DNA of 64,000 nucleotides from a virus. The stretch lies in the IMG/VR virus record IMGVR_UViG_3300028804_000005, positions 811 to 64,810 of that record, one strand, 5' to 3'. Shown piece after piece: positions 26,492-35,799 of the stretch. The notes below the pieces were generated by a model that was not told the origin of the DNA, did not search any database, and worked only from the letters and a program-made list of their open reading frames with translations. Positions within the stretch are counted from its first letter, which is position 1. The number at the start of each line of letters is the position of its first letter. The translations under genes were made by a program, and so were the position numbers.

Positions 26492-28909
26492 GTGAGACTC
26501 GAAACCATCAAGACGCGTGGCTTCGGCCACGTGGACCTCGACATCGACCTGAGCCAGTACGGTGACGCGAAGCTCATCGCGATCTGTGGGCCGAACGGAG
26601 CCGGCAAGTCCACCGCGCTCGAGTTGTGGGCGCCCGGCAGCTTCTACCGGAAGTGCCCGACACGCGGCCCGCTCGCCGGGCTCGCGCGCACCCGCGACGC
26701 GATCCTGGAGGTCGGCGTGGTGAACGGGCAGCCGTGGAAGATCCGTCACCAGGTCGACGGCGTGAACGGGAAGGCGGAAGCGCTCGTGCTCGACGGTGAG
26801 GGGCGGCCCGCGCTCGCGGACTCCAAGGTGCGGAGCTTCGACGCCTGGGCCGCCAAGCATCTGCCCCACCCCGAAGTGCTGGCGCTCACCACGTTCAGCT
26901 CCCAGGGCTCGGGCGGCTTCGCGGCCCTCTCGCGCTCCGAGCGCATGTCCGTGATCGGGCGCGTGGTCGCCGACGTCGAGACGCTGGAGGCGAAGGCCCA
27001 GGAGGCGCGGGAGCGCGCTCGGTCGTGGCAGGCCAAGGCGTCCGAAATCGAGGCTCGCCTGGCCGACGAGACCCAGCGCTACGGCACCGGCGTCTCTCGG
27101 GTCGAGGTCGAGCTCGCCGACGCACGCGTTCGCGCGGAGCGCTCCGAGGCCACCCTGGCCGACGCGCAACGGGAGCTCGACGCGGCCAGGGCAGCCGAGG
27201 CTGCGGTCGCGGAGGCCCGACGCGCCTTCGAGGCCTGGACGACCGAAAGCGCGAAGCTGGACGCGCGGCGCGCCGAGGCGACGCAGCGCGAGTCCGACCT
27301 GGCCGCCCGGGTCAAGAACAACAGGGCCGTGCTCGAGCGGGCCGCCGAGATCCTGGCTGCCGTCGCCGACCTGGAGGTGGCGCGCCAGCGCGTCCGGCTC
27401 GCGGAGCACGACGAAGCCCAGGCCCGGGCCGCACTGGCCGCCCTGGAGGGCGAGGTCGCCGTCCTGACCGAGCGGCACGCCGCGGCCGTGGCAGCGCAGC
27501 TCCAGACCGTGCACCGGGTCGAGTCTGCCCAGAAACGCCTCGTGGACGCCCGCGCCGTGCGCTCCGCCGCCGCCTCCCTGCCCGGCCTGTGCACCGCGCT
27601 CAAGAGCCAGGAGGAGGCCGTCGCGGCGCGGGAAGAGGCGCTCGCGGCGGTCCGCGGCGAACAGGTGGCGGGGGCCGAGGCCCGCATTCACGACCTGCGC
27701 GAGGGGCTCGCCACCATCGCGCTCGGCGGCGACACGCCGGCGCGGGACGTGGCCGACTCCACCCTCGAAGCCGACGACACGGCGGCAGCCCAGGCCGACG
27801 CGCACCCAGGCCGGGTGCGGGAGGCCGAGGAGGCGCTCCGGGCCGCCCGGGACGCGCTCGAAGTGCTGCGGCGCGACCTGGCGAAGACGGAGGCCCTCGC
27901 GGCCCGCCTGGCCGACGTGGACGCTGCAGAAGCGGAGGCGGAGGCCGGGCGAGCCGCGCTCCGGGCCGGCCAGGGCGGCGTGGACGAGGCCGCACGCGTT
28001 CTCGCGGAGCGCCGCGCTGGGCTCGAGCCGGCCTACGCCGCGGTCCGAACGGCCGAGGCGGCAGCGAGGGTGGCGCGCGACTCCGTCGCCGCCCTGGAGC
28101 CGCTGGCCGCCAAGGCCGGCCCGCTCGCGGGCGCTGAGGCCCGCCTGGCCGAGCTCGAGCCCCAGCTCGCCGCGGTGCGGGCCGAGCTCGCCGGCATCGA
28201 CTCGTCCGCCCGTCCGGCGCCGGCCCATCCTACCCCGGCGCCGGACGTGGCGGCGGCTGCGCGGAAGGTCAAGGACGCGGACCTCGAGCGCGTGTCGGCC
28301 CACCAGATCGTCAGTGTCTGGGAGCAGCGCCTCGCCGACGCGAGCGCGTCGAGCGCCCGGATCGACGCGCTGCAGGCCGAGCTCGACGCGGCCCAGGCCG
28401 AGGTCGAGGACTGGACGCGTCTCGCCGACGACCTCGGGAAGCAGGGGCTCCAGGCGCTCGAGATCGACGCGGGCGGGCCCGAGCTCGGCGCCATCGCGAG
28501 CGACCTGCTCCACCACGCCTACGGGTCGCGCTGGACCGTGTCGCTCGACACGACCCGCCAGAGCTCGGACGGCAAGCGCCTCTTGGAGGACTGCGAGATC
28601 ACCGTGATCGACACGGTGCGCGGGCGCGAGGGACCGCTCGAGTCGTTCAGCGGCGGGGAGCGCGTCGTGCTCGGCGAGGCCGTCTCGCTGGCGCTCACGA
28701 CGATCGCGTGCCGGAACGCGGGTATGTCGGATGTCTCTCTCGTAAGAGATGAAAGCGGTGCCGCGCTCGATGAGGCCGCCGGGCGCGCGTACATCGCTAT
28801 GTTGCGCCGCGCAGCGGATCTGATCGGTGCGAGGCACGTCTTGTTCGTCAGCCACAGCCCCAGCATGGTGGACCTCGCGGACGCCAAGATTGAGATCGGT
28901 GCGGCGTGA
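26492..28909 (+). CDS. sbcC: SbcC/Rad50-like SMC ATPase
   Basis: GPNGAGKST, SQG Q-loop, long coiled coil, FSGGE signature, RDESGAALD, FVSH. Confidence 0.92.
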   Translation: MRLETIKTRGFGHVDLDIDLSQYGDAKLIAICGPNGAGKSTALELWAPGSFYRKCPTRGPLAGLARTRDAILEVGVVNGQPWKIRHQVDGVNGKAEALVLDGEGRPALADSKVRSFDAWAAKHLPHPEVLALTTFSSQGSGGFAALSRSERMSVIGRVVADVETLEAKAQEARERARSWQAKASEIEARLADETQRYGTGVSRVEVELADARVRAERSEATLADAQRELDAARAAEAAVAEARRAFEAWTTESAKLDARRAEATQRESDLAARVKNNRAVLERAAEILAAVADLEVARQRVRLAEHDEAQARAALAALEGEVAVLTERHAAAVAAQLQTVHRVESAQKRLVDARAVRSAAASLPGLCTALKSQEEAVAAREEALAAVRGEQVAGAEARIHDLREGLATIALGGDTPARDVADSTLEADDTAAAQADAHPGRVREAEEALRAARDALEVLRRDLAKTEALAARLADVDAAEAEAEAGRAALRAGQGGVDEAARVLAERRAGLEPAYAAVRTAEAAARVARDSVAALEPLAAKAGPLAGAEARLAELEPQLAAVRAELAGIDSSARPAPAHPTPAPDVAAAARKVKDADLERVSAHQIVSVWEQRLADASASSARIDALQAELDAAQAEVEDWTRLADDLGKQGLQALEIDAGGPELGAIASDLLHHAYGSRWTVSLDTTRQSSDGKRLLEDCEITVIDTVRGREGPLESFSGGERVVLGEAVSLALTTIACRNAGMSDVSLVRDESGAALDEAAGRAYIAMLRRAADLIGARHVLFVSHSPSMVDLADAKIEIGAA

Positions 28910-29487
28910 AGGTGTGCAACACATGCGGGCATTCCAAGCCACTCACCGACTTCCAGCGCGACAGACAGAACCGCGACGGTCGCAAAGGGAAGTGCCGCGC
29001 GTGCGTTGTTGCTCGTCAGCGCGAGCTCCGCGCGGCCAATCCAGAGCGCGAGCGGGAATGGGTGGCCGCCAACAAAGACCGGGTGCTGAGTTCAAAGCGC
29101 GCCTATCGCGAGCGCAACGCCGAGCGCCTTCGGTCCGACAATCGCGAAAGAATGACCCTCAAGCGCTCCACGGCAGAGGGCGCCGAGCGCGCGCGCCAGA
29201 TCACGCGTGAGTCGCGGCAGCGGCACCGTGACGAGCACTCCGCGCGGGACAAGGAGCGGCGGCGGCTTGAGCCGGTCAAGGCGCGCGCACGTGAGGCGGT
29301 TGCTAATGCTCTTCGCCGGGGTCGGTTGGTGCGGCCCTCTTCCTGCTCGATGTGCGGGACCACCGAGAGGGTCATCCATGCGCACCACGACGACTACGCG
29401 CGGCCCCTGGACGTGCGCTGGCTCTGCGCAAGCTGCCACCGAAAACACCACCTGGCCGACGCGCGAATCGAGATTGGAGGAACGTGA
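28906..29487 (+). CDS. HNH-like zinc-binding endonuclease
   Basis: N-terminal CxxC..CxxC; C-terminal CSMCG..HAHHDDYARPLDVRWLCASCH. Confidence 0.8.
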   Translation: MKVCNTCGHSKPLTDFQRDRQNRDGRKGKCRACVVARQRELRAANPEREREWVAANKDRVLSSKRAYRERNAERLRSDNRERMTLKRSTAEGAERARQITRESRQRHRDEHSARDKERRRLEPVKARAREAVANALRRGRLVRPSSCSMCGTTERVIHAHHDDYARPLDVRWLCASCHRKHHLADARIEIGGT

Positions 29488-30775
29488 TGCTGGCGATCAA
29501 GAGAGCCTCAGACGGAAAACTCCTCGCCCTGGTCGAGGGCGAGGAGAAGGCGGAACGGTTCCGCGATGCGGTCGGGTGCGAGGTCTGTGTCGTGGCCGTT
29601 GGCGCGGCGGAGAAGCGCGCCGTGCTCCAGGAGTCGCGCGACAACTTCACCAACACGCGGCGGGCTCACATGGAGGAGCGCCTCCAGAGGCTGGCGTCGT
29701 GAAGCCGCTGCGCCCGTGGGGCTGGGAAGCCGTGGCCGCCGGCTACGCGATGGCGAAGATGGGGGTGGGGCGTGGATGAGCCTTACTGGAGTGAAGTCAC
29801 GCGCGACCCAGCGACATGGCCGCCAGAGGGCGTGGACTTCGTGGCGTGGGTAGTGGAGCCGTATGGGCGCACCTACGACGAGCCGGGGAAGTCCTATTCG
29901 GTAATCGGCCGGCGTGATGGGGAGTGGTTCCGCGGGCAGCAACGCATGGGCGTCATCGTAACGCACTGGTGCCCGCTGCCGCGGCATGCACCCCAAGGCA
30001 TCGGAAGGAAGGCGGAGTGATGGCGAAGACTCTCTCGTGGCGGTGGGACGGCGTGGAGTTTCAGTGCCTCTACCGCGCGCCGTTCGATCCGGTGTTTGGC
30101 GCCGAGGCTCGCTACAACGACGAGAAGCTCGCGTGCGCCACCCCCGCCGACATCATCGCCTGCCTGAACGCGCACCCCACGGTGCGCGCGGAGGTGCTGG
30201 CGAAGTGCGGGCCGCTCGCGGGTGAGGACTACCTGGCCAAGCTCGACGCCGCCGAAGCCCGCGCGGAAAAGGCGGAGGCCTTGCACGCCGAGTGCGCCGA
30301 CATGCACGCTTGCCAAACGCGCACCATCGATGAGCTGCACGCCAAGCTCGCCGAATCCGACGAAGCGCTACACCTGGCTAACCGCGACGTGGACCGGATG
30401 AACCTAGCGTGCGAGAAGGCGGCCGAACGCCTCGCCTCCGCCGAGCGCGCACTGGACGCCGCCCGCGCATGGTCCGAGTCCGTCGAGCAGGGGTTCGCGG
30501 CGACGCTGCGCCCGGACATCGCGCGAGCGCGGTTCACCGCCGCCCTCCGCGCCCACGATTCCAGCGCTCAAGTGTTGCCCGGAGGCGTCGCAGCTCCGGC
30601 GATGGGCGGCCACGAAGTCCCGGCTCGAAACCGGCAACCCGTGGAACCACCGTCCGATCCTGCGACCGGCACGACGCGCCGAGAGCCCCCCGAAAGTGCC
30701 ACTGGCGCTAGTACGGGGGCCGTCGCTACTCGCGAAGTTCACGCGATGCGTGAAGATCGCAAGGTTCGAGACTAG
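29487..30775 (+). CDS. Distal early genes (29487..29702, 29772..30020, 30020..30775 coiled-coil protein)
   Basis: TGATG-coupled ORFs, GGAGG/GGAG RBS at 29487 and 30020. Confidence 0.55.
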
Positions 30776-30776
30776 C

Positions 30777-30813
30777 CCGCGAAAAACCCGCACCTAATCG
30801 CAGGGTTACGCGG
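30777..30813. terminator. Hairpin between the convergent early and late operons
   Basis: Nested stems CCGCG/CGCGG and AACCC/GGGTT between stops at 30775 and 30829. Confidence 0.4.
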
Positions 30814-30828
30814 TCGGTTGCGCGGCTG

Positions 30829-31347
30829 CTACACCCGGATCACGGTGAACGGCCCGCGCACGTTCGCGCTGTGGGCTGCCACCGCCGCGAGCACGGCGCG
30901 GAGTCGCCTCTCCGGGTCTGTCCGCCCGGCCGTCAGGGTCATGCCGGCCAGCGCCTCCTGCGAGCCCACGGCGTCGAATCCGCAGGCGTTGCGCAGCACC
31001 ATGCCGGTCTTGGCGGAGAACCCGAACAGGCGCCCTTTGGTGGCGATCAGCATCTCTAGTGCCTGCCGCTCTTCCTCCGACTCGCGCGCCAGGATCGCCC
31101 GGATGTCTGCCACCAGCACCGACGTGATGTAGCGATCGACGTCGGTCGCCCTGCGGCGCGTGGTCCGGAGCTCGTGGCGCAGCAGTTGACCGCACCGCCA
31201 GGACCCGGCGAACGCGAAGCCCCAGCCGTCGCGAACCCAGCCCTTCGGGTCACGGACGATCTCCTGGGAGTAGAGCTCGTCCGTGCTCGCGCTGTCCCAC
31301 CCGAGCCAGACACGCCCGTCCTGCTCGAGCCCGATGGCGCAGGTCAT
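30829..31347 (-). CDS. HslV/proteasome-beta-like Ntn peptidase
   Basis: MTCAIG N-terminal Thr, LGWDS, DPK, FAGS, AVGS, VRGPF. Confidence 0.75.
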   Translation of the reverse strand: MTCAIGLEQDGRVWLGWDSASTDELYSQEIVRDPKGWVRDGWGFAFAGSWRCGQLLRHELRTTRRRATDVDRYITSVLVADIRAILARESEEERQALEMLIATKGRLFGFSAKTGMVLRNACGFDAVGSQEALAGMTLTAGRTDPERRLRAVLAAVAAHSANVRGPFTVIRV

Positions 31348-32726
31348 CCCGCACCCCCGGTGAGCTGCTCGATCCCGACGATGTGCCGGTTGATGTGGCC
31401 GAGTTGCTTGTGCCACACGTCGAGCTTCATGTCGCGGCCCGAGCGGTAGCCGCTGCGCGCGTGCCACGCGTCGCCGGCCGCCAGCGTGCGGACCGTCTCG
31501 ACCGTGACGCCGCGGTACTCCTTGAGGCTGTCGTGGTGGACGTGCCCGGTGTACCAGTGCCGGTAGCGCGTCTCGCCCCAGTCTGCGGCGCGGTCGCTCG
31601 CCATGATCCCGGGCAGGTCCGAAGCCTTCACGTTGTCGCCGTGGGTCGTGCCGATCAGGCAGCGCCCGAAGCGCAAGTAGTAGAAGGCGGCCGGCGAGAG
31701 CTCGACCTTGACGCGCGGGTTCGACTCGTAGAGCAGCGACATGCAGACGGACAGCACGGCGGCGCTGTGGTCGTCGTGGTTGCCCGGCACGTTGGCCAGG
31801 TAGACCTGGTCGTGCTTCTCGAGCGCCCGCTCCACGCACCGGCGGATCGTGCGCACGCCGGCCCGGTAGACCTTCGGCCAGCGCGTGTCGACGTCGAGCA
31901 CGTTGCCGCTGCGCGCCGTCTGGTTGCTCGCGTTGTCGGTGTGGAAGAAGTCTCCCAGGTTGAGCAGGTAGGCGAGCGAGCTCGGCGGCGCGAGCGCGAC
32001 GAGCTGGTCCACGGCGGCCACCAGGTTCCGCTCCGCGATCTCCAGGTCGAAGCTCGCCCCGGTCTCCTCGGCCCACGCGTACATGCCGATGTGCGGGTCG
32101 CCGAACGGGTAGACCGTGAGCAGGTCGGTGTTGGTGTGCTCCGGCGGCTTGACCGGATCGATGGCCCCGCGGAAGGGCTCCGCGAGGTGCTGGACCGCGT
32201 CGAGCAAGGCCTCGAGCCGGCTCTCCTGGTCGCGCTTCGACTTGACCCACTGGCCGCGCTTCTCGCCGTCCTTCCCGTAGTAGGTCGAGACGCCCTTGAC
32301 GTGGAAGCCGTCCGGGACGGGCTTCGTCATGTCGTGCGCTGGGCTCCACCCTGCTCGAGCGGCCCCGAACTCGGCCTCGGCGAGCAGGGCTCGAAGGCGC
32401 TTCGGGGTGAGCTCGAGTGCCGCCGCCGCTGCGGCCACGCTGCCGCGCAACAGAAGCGAGTCGATGGCCCTCTGCTGGTCGGCCGAGGCAAACGGGCGCA
32501 CCGCCATCCAGCGCTTCGCGTCTGGCGCCGGCGGCTTCCCCGGTCGCTTGGCGTGCGGCGTCTTGAGCCACTGGCCCGCGTACTCGCCGGCCCTTTTGAA
32601 AGCGGCGTGCAGTGACCGCGCGGGCACGCCGATCTCGGCGACCGCTGCCGCGACGGAGTCGTGACGAGCCAGAACCTCGCGCCAGGTCTGGAGCGTCTCG
32701 GCGGTGTACTTGAGGTCGAAGCGCAC
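31344..32726 (-). CDS. Calcineurin-like metallophosphoesterase with N-terminal HTH-like segments
   Basis: GDPHIG, LGDFFHTDN, PGNHD, THGD, TGHVHH. Confidence 0.88.
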   Translation of the reverse strand: MRFDLKYTAETLQTWREVLARHDSVAAAVAEIGVPARSLHAAFKRAGEYAGQWLKTPHAKRPGKPPAPDAKRWMAVRPFASADQQRAIDSLLLRGSVAAAAAALELTPKRLRALLAEAEFGAARAGWSPAHDMTKPVPDGFHVKGVSTYYGKDGEKRGQWVKSKRDQESRLEALLDAVQHLAEPFRGAIDPVKPPEHTNTDLLTVYPFGDPHIGMYAWAEETGASFDLEIAERNLVAAVDQLVALAPPSSLAYLLNLGDFFHTDNASNQTARSGNVLDVDTRWPKVYRAGVRTIRRCVERALEKHDQVYLANVPGNHDDHSAAVLSVCMSLLYESNPRVKVELSPAAFYYLRFGRCLIGTTHGDNVKASDLPGIMASDRAADWGETRYRHWYTGHVHHDSLKEYRGVTVETVRTLAAGDAWHARSGYRSGRDMKLDVWHKQLGHINRHIVGIEQLTGGAG

Positions 32727-32757
32727 TGTTGCTCTCAGTCTGAGTGCGGCTGCACTC

Positions 32758-32806
32758 AAAAAAGGAAACGCCCCCACCAGCACGAGCGAGCGTGTCGGTG
32801 GGGGCG
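32758..32806 (-). terminator. Rho-independent terminator
   Basis: Stem CGCCCCCACC/GGTGGGGGCG (32769-32806) followed on the minus strand by TTTCCTTTTTT. Confidence 0.8.
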
Positions 32807-32873
32807 CGGGTTGGTGGCGCAGCGAAGCGCCGGCCCTGATGGCTGCCGGCCTACGGCCGGATCAGTGTTTGCG

Positions 32874-32957
32874 TCAGCGGTTGGACCAGAGAAGGACCCA
32901 CGCGCAGACGGCGATTGTCGCGGTGACGATGAGGGCGAACAGCGCGAGCGCGATCAT
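32874..32957 (-). CDS. 27-aa single-TM peptide
   Basis: ATGA-coupled; MIALALFALIVTATIAVCAWVLLWSNR; too short for the supplied ORF track. Confidence 0.55.
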   Translation of the reverse strand: MIALALFALIVTATIAVCAWVLLWSNR

Positions 32958-33253
32958 CTGCCACCGGGCCAGAACTTGATTACGAGCGTGGCGGCGGTCA
33001 CGAACAGCGCCCACAGCGCGGTCGTCGCCATGAGCCACGCTCGCACCATTGCCTTGAACTCGGCGATGGTCTTGTCGATGCCGGAGACCGTTTCCTCGAG
33101 CTTCGAGATGCGCTCGTCCCGGCGCTCGTCGTCCTGCTCCTCGCGCTCTCGGAGCCTACGCTTGAGCTCGTTCGGATCGCTGTCCGGGCTCGACTTGCGG
33201 CGGTCGCGCAGTACCTCGGCGTTGACGAGCGAGTATTCGTCGCGGGTCGTCAT
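32954..33253 (-). CDS. Coiled-coil protein with C-terminal TM helix (lysis module, holin-like)
   Basis: RISKLEETV coil then WLMATTALWALFVTAATLVIKFW. Confidence 0.6.
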   Translation of the reverse strand: MTTRDEYSLVNAEVLRDRRKSSPDSDPNELKRRLREREEQDDERRDERISKLEETVSGIDKTIAEFKAMVRAWLMATTALWALFVTAATLVIKFWPGGR

Positions 33254-33576
33254 CGCGCCACCTCCGGGCATACCTGGCTCGCCTGCGCGGGCCGCGAGAC
33301 CGCCACGGCGACGACGCCGAAGGCCGCGATCGAGAGCACCAGGGCGGCAATGGTGGGCGCCAGGCGGGTCGCTTCGAGGATCGCGAATCGGCGGTTCGTC
33401 GTGACGTGATCGCGTGTCACCAGGTTGGCCACGTCCGCCACGGCCTTGTGGAGCGGCTCGAGCTGCCCGGCGATGACCTCGCCAGCCGCGGTCGCGAAGA
33501 GCTTGGCGGCGTCGACCTGCGGGTCGCTCGGGGGTTCGTAGCCGCGCGGATCGGTGGGGGTCTCGTGCTCGTTCAT
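33250..33576 (-). CDS. Membrane protein (lysis module)
   Basis: C-terminal hydrophobic helix; coupled to the endolysin. Confidence 0.55.
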   Translation of the reverse strand: MNEHETPTDPRGYEPPSDPQVDAAKLFATAAGEVIAGQLEPLHKAVADVANLVTRDHVTTNRRFAILEATRLAPTIAALVLSIAAFGVVAVAVSRPAQASQVCPEVAR

Positions 33577-34451
33577 GGGCGATCCTTGAGCAGTGCGGGC
33601 CAGGTTTGGATGGAGCCGACGACGCCGTCGACCGTGAGCTTGTGCGCCGCCTGGAACGCGCGCACGGCGCGCTCAGCCTCCGCGTCGTAGGTGTCGCCGG
33701 CCGCGATGCGCAGGAGCCAGCGACACTCCGCCACGTCCTGGCCTCGCATCGGCGGCACAGTCATCACGAGCTTGCGGCGGTTGATCGGGGTGGGCGGCCT
33801 CGACGACGGGGGCGGAGCCGGGTCCGTGTCCGACACGGGGCGCGGCGTCGCCAAGAGGTCCGGACGCCAGACGCCTCGGAGCGGACGCCCCCAGCTCTCT
33901 CGGATGTCCTTCGGGCCGGTCATGGCGCACTTGGTGCCGTCGGCTCCACCGCCACCGGCGGCCGTGGTCCAGATGTGACCCGAGCCCACCTCCAGGATCT
34001 CGACGTGCCCGTTGAACGCCGCGGGCCAGGTCTTGGCGGTTCCACCGCACCAGTAGGGCACGTCGCCAGGCAAGAAGTGGGCAGGCGTCTTGAGCGGATC
34101 CTTGGGCCGCAGTTGGCCCCCGACGTAGGGGATCCAGCACCTGGAACTGAAGCCACCCAGGCCGGTCCACGTCGTGATCGCTGGAGCGGCGGGCCAGCCG
34201 TGCTTGGGAACCACTCCGGCCGCGATGGCGCAGGCGCCCACGAAAACGGCGCACTCGGTGCCGGGGCCCACGTGGATGTTCCAGAGCAGCTCGCGCCCGC
34301 GCCCGAGCGTCTGCTCGAGGAAGGCCTCGTGCTCGGCGCGTCGCTCCGTGAAGGACATGGTGCCGCGCGCCAAGACCTCGGCGGCGCAGCGCGCCAGCGC
34401 CGCGTTGTGGCTCTCGTCGGAGCCGCGAAGGAAGATGAAGGGGGTCACCAT
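33573..34451 (-). CDS. Endolysin: Cys/His (CHAP-like) domain plus peptidoglycan-binding domain
   Basis: ECAVFV..GHVEI catalytic pattern; C-terminal GQDV..AVRAFQAAHKLTVDGVVGSIQTWPAL. Confidence 0.78.
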   Translation of the reverse strand: MVTPFIFLRGSDESHNAALARCAAEVLARGTMSFTERRAEHEAFLEQTLGRGRELLWNIHVGPGTECAVFVGACAIAAGVVPKHGWPAAPAITTWTGLGGFSSRCWIPYVGGQLRPKDPLKTPAHFLPGDVPYWCGGTAKTWPAAFNGHVEILEVGSGHIWTTAAGGGGADGTKCAMTGPKDIRESWGRPLRGVWRPDLLATPRPVSDTDPAPPPSSRPPTPINRRKLVMTVPPMRGQDVAECRWLLRIAAGDTYDAEAERAVRAFQAAHKLTVDGVVGSIQTWPALLKDRP

Positions 34452-34629
34452 TTGGGCCGGCTCGCGAAGTCCTCGGCGTCGCTGCGGAGGAAGGTCTGGG
34501 CGCGAAGGCATTCCGCCACCTTGGCGGCACACACCTTCCGCGTCTCGTAGTCGAGCGGGTATTCGGCCTCGATGACGCGGAGGGCCGCGTCGAGCGCCTC
34601 AGCCGCCGTCGCCTCGACGTCGCGCGCCA

Positions 34630-35253
34630 TCACGCCACCGCGAGGCAGACCGCGCGCGCCAACTCCGCCAGGCCGCCGTCGTTGCGAATCACCACGTCGA
34701 AGTCGGCGTCTGGTATCTCGTCCTGCTCGCGCTCGCTCGCGTGAAGACCGCCCAAGCCTTCGAGCCCGGCGCCGCGACGCACGCGCCAGACGCGCCCGCC
34801 AGCGTCACGGATCGCATCGAGCTCGTTGCGAAACCGGACGTCCGGGATCACGACGCCGGCGCAGTGACGAAGCCACTCGTTCGGGACGATGCCCGCCGCC
34901 TGGTCGTAGTGGAGCGTGTCGGATCCGTCGAGTGTCCGCGCCACCTTGAGCGCGTAGCGGATCCAGACGCCCTCGTCGCAGGCGCGCCCCCATTCGGTTC
35001 CGAGCGTCTGGAGCGCGTGCCGAGGGCTCAGGCATTCCAGGTGCCCATGGGCCCGGCGAGGGAAGCGCGGGTCGGGCGCGTTGCGCGCCGCGCTCGGGCC
35101 CCAGAGCTGCTCGTGTGAGAAGCCCCAGAGGCCCATGCAGAAGCGCTTCATGGGGTCCGCCAGCGCGACCTTCACGAAGCCGAGCTCGCGCACCAGCACG
35201 TCGGCGGCCGCATCCTTGCCGGAGCCCGCCTTGCCTGAGATCCCGATAATCAT
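34630..35253 (-). CDS. Deoxynucleoside monophosphate kinase
   Basis: IIGISGKAGSGKD, LADPMK, LQTLGTEWGR, DVRFRNE, HASE. Confidence 0.92.
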   Translation of the reverse strand: MIIGISGKAGSGKDAAADVLVRELGFVKVALADPMKRFCMGLWGFSHEQLWGPSAARNAPDPRFPRRAHGHLECLSPRHALQTLGTEWGRACDEGVWIRYALKVARTLDGSDTLHYDQAAGIVPNEWLRHCAGVVIPDVRFRNELDAIRDAGGRVWRVRRGAGLEGLGGLHASEREQDEIPDADFDVVIRNDGGLAELARAVCLAVA

Positions 35254-35329
35254 CGGAGCCTCCGCAGCGCGGCGCGGATCGCGCCGACGACTCGCCAGAT
35301 CAGTGCCAGCGTGGACAGGCGCACCCGAG

Positions 35330-35542
35330 TCACTCCTTGCTTATCGACTTCAGACCCATCAGCTCGTTTGCGAGCTCGTCGCTCGCCTTCTCGGCTGCGA
35401 CGCGGATCATCTTGCGTACGATGGCGCGCCACGGGTTCTCGCTCTTGAGCGCAATGCCGATCACGTCGACGATCATGGCGAACACGTCTGGGTGTTTCGC
35501 GGCGAGAGTCGCGAGCTGGGTTGCGAGTGCGGCGGGGTTCAT
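35330..35542 (-). CDS. Hypothetical protein
   Basis: ATGA-coupled ORF. Confidence 0.55.
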   Translation of the reverse strand: MNPAALATQLATLAAKHPDVFAMIVDVIGIALKSENPWRAIVRKMIRVAAEKASDELANELMGLKSISKE

Positions 35543-35799
35543 TGGCACCGCTCCCAGGCGTCGAAGCGCGGTTTCCACGTCGCGATGACGGGGTCCTTGA
35601 GGATGCGGGAGCACTTCTCGACCGGGGTCGGCTCGCATGCCTGCTTCAGGTCGATGGCGCGGCCCGCGATCAGCTTCGCAAGCGCGTCAGTACCGCACTC
35701 GGGATTCCCCGACTCCGCCGCCATCGGGTCGGCGAACGGGCCGCAGGCAATCGCGGCCAAAAGTGCCGTGAGCGACGCGGTTGTGGCTGCGAATCTCAC
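35539..35799 (-). CDS. Small lipoprotein (o-spanin-like)
   Basis: MRFAATTASLTALLAAIA-C lipobox; GTGA overlap with the upstream membrane protein. Confidence 0.6.
   Translation of the reverse strand: MRFAATTASLTALLAAIACGPFADPMAAESGNPECGTDALAKLIAGRAIDLKQACEPTPVEKCSRILKDPVIATWKPRFDAWERCQ

Noticed and set aside
30615..30645. tRNA T-arm-like string GGTTGCCGGTTTCGAGCCGG on the minus strand (possible attP tRNA fragment)
   Set aside because: The loop does not match TTCRANY, and no acceptor stem, anticodon arm or CCA can be built
32836..32865. CTGAT-stem resembling a hammerhead ribozyme
   Set aside because: Lacks the CUGAnGA and GAAA core on either strand; CTGAT simply pairs with ATCAG
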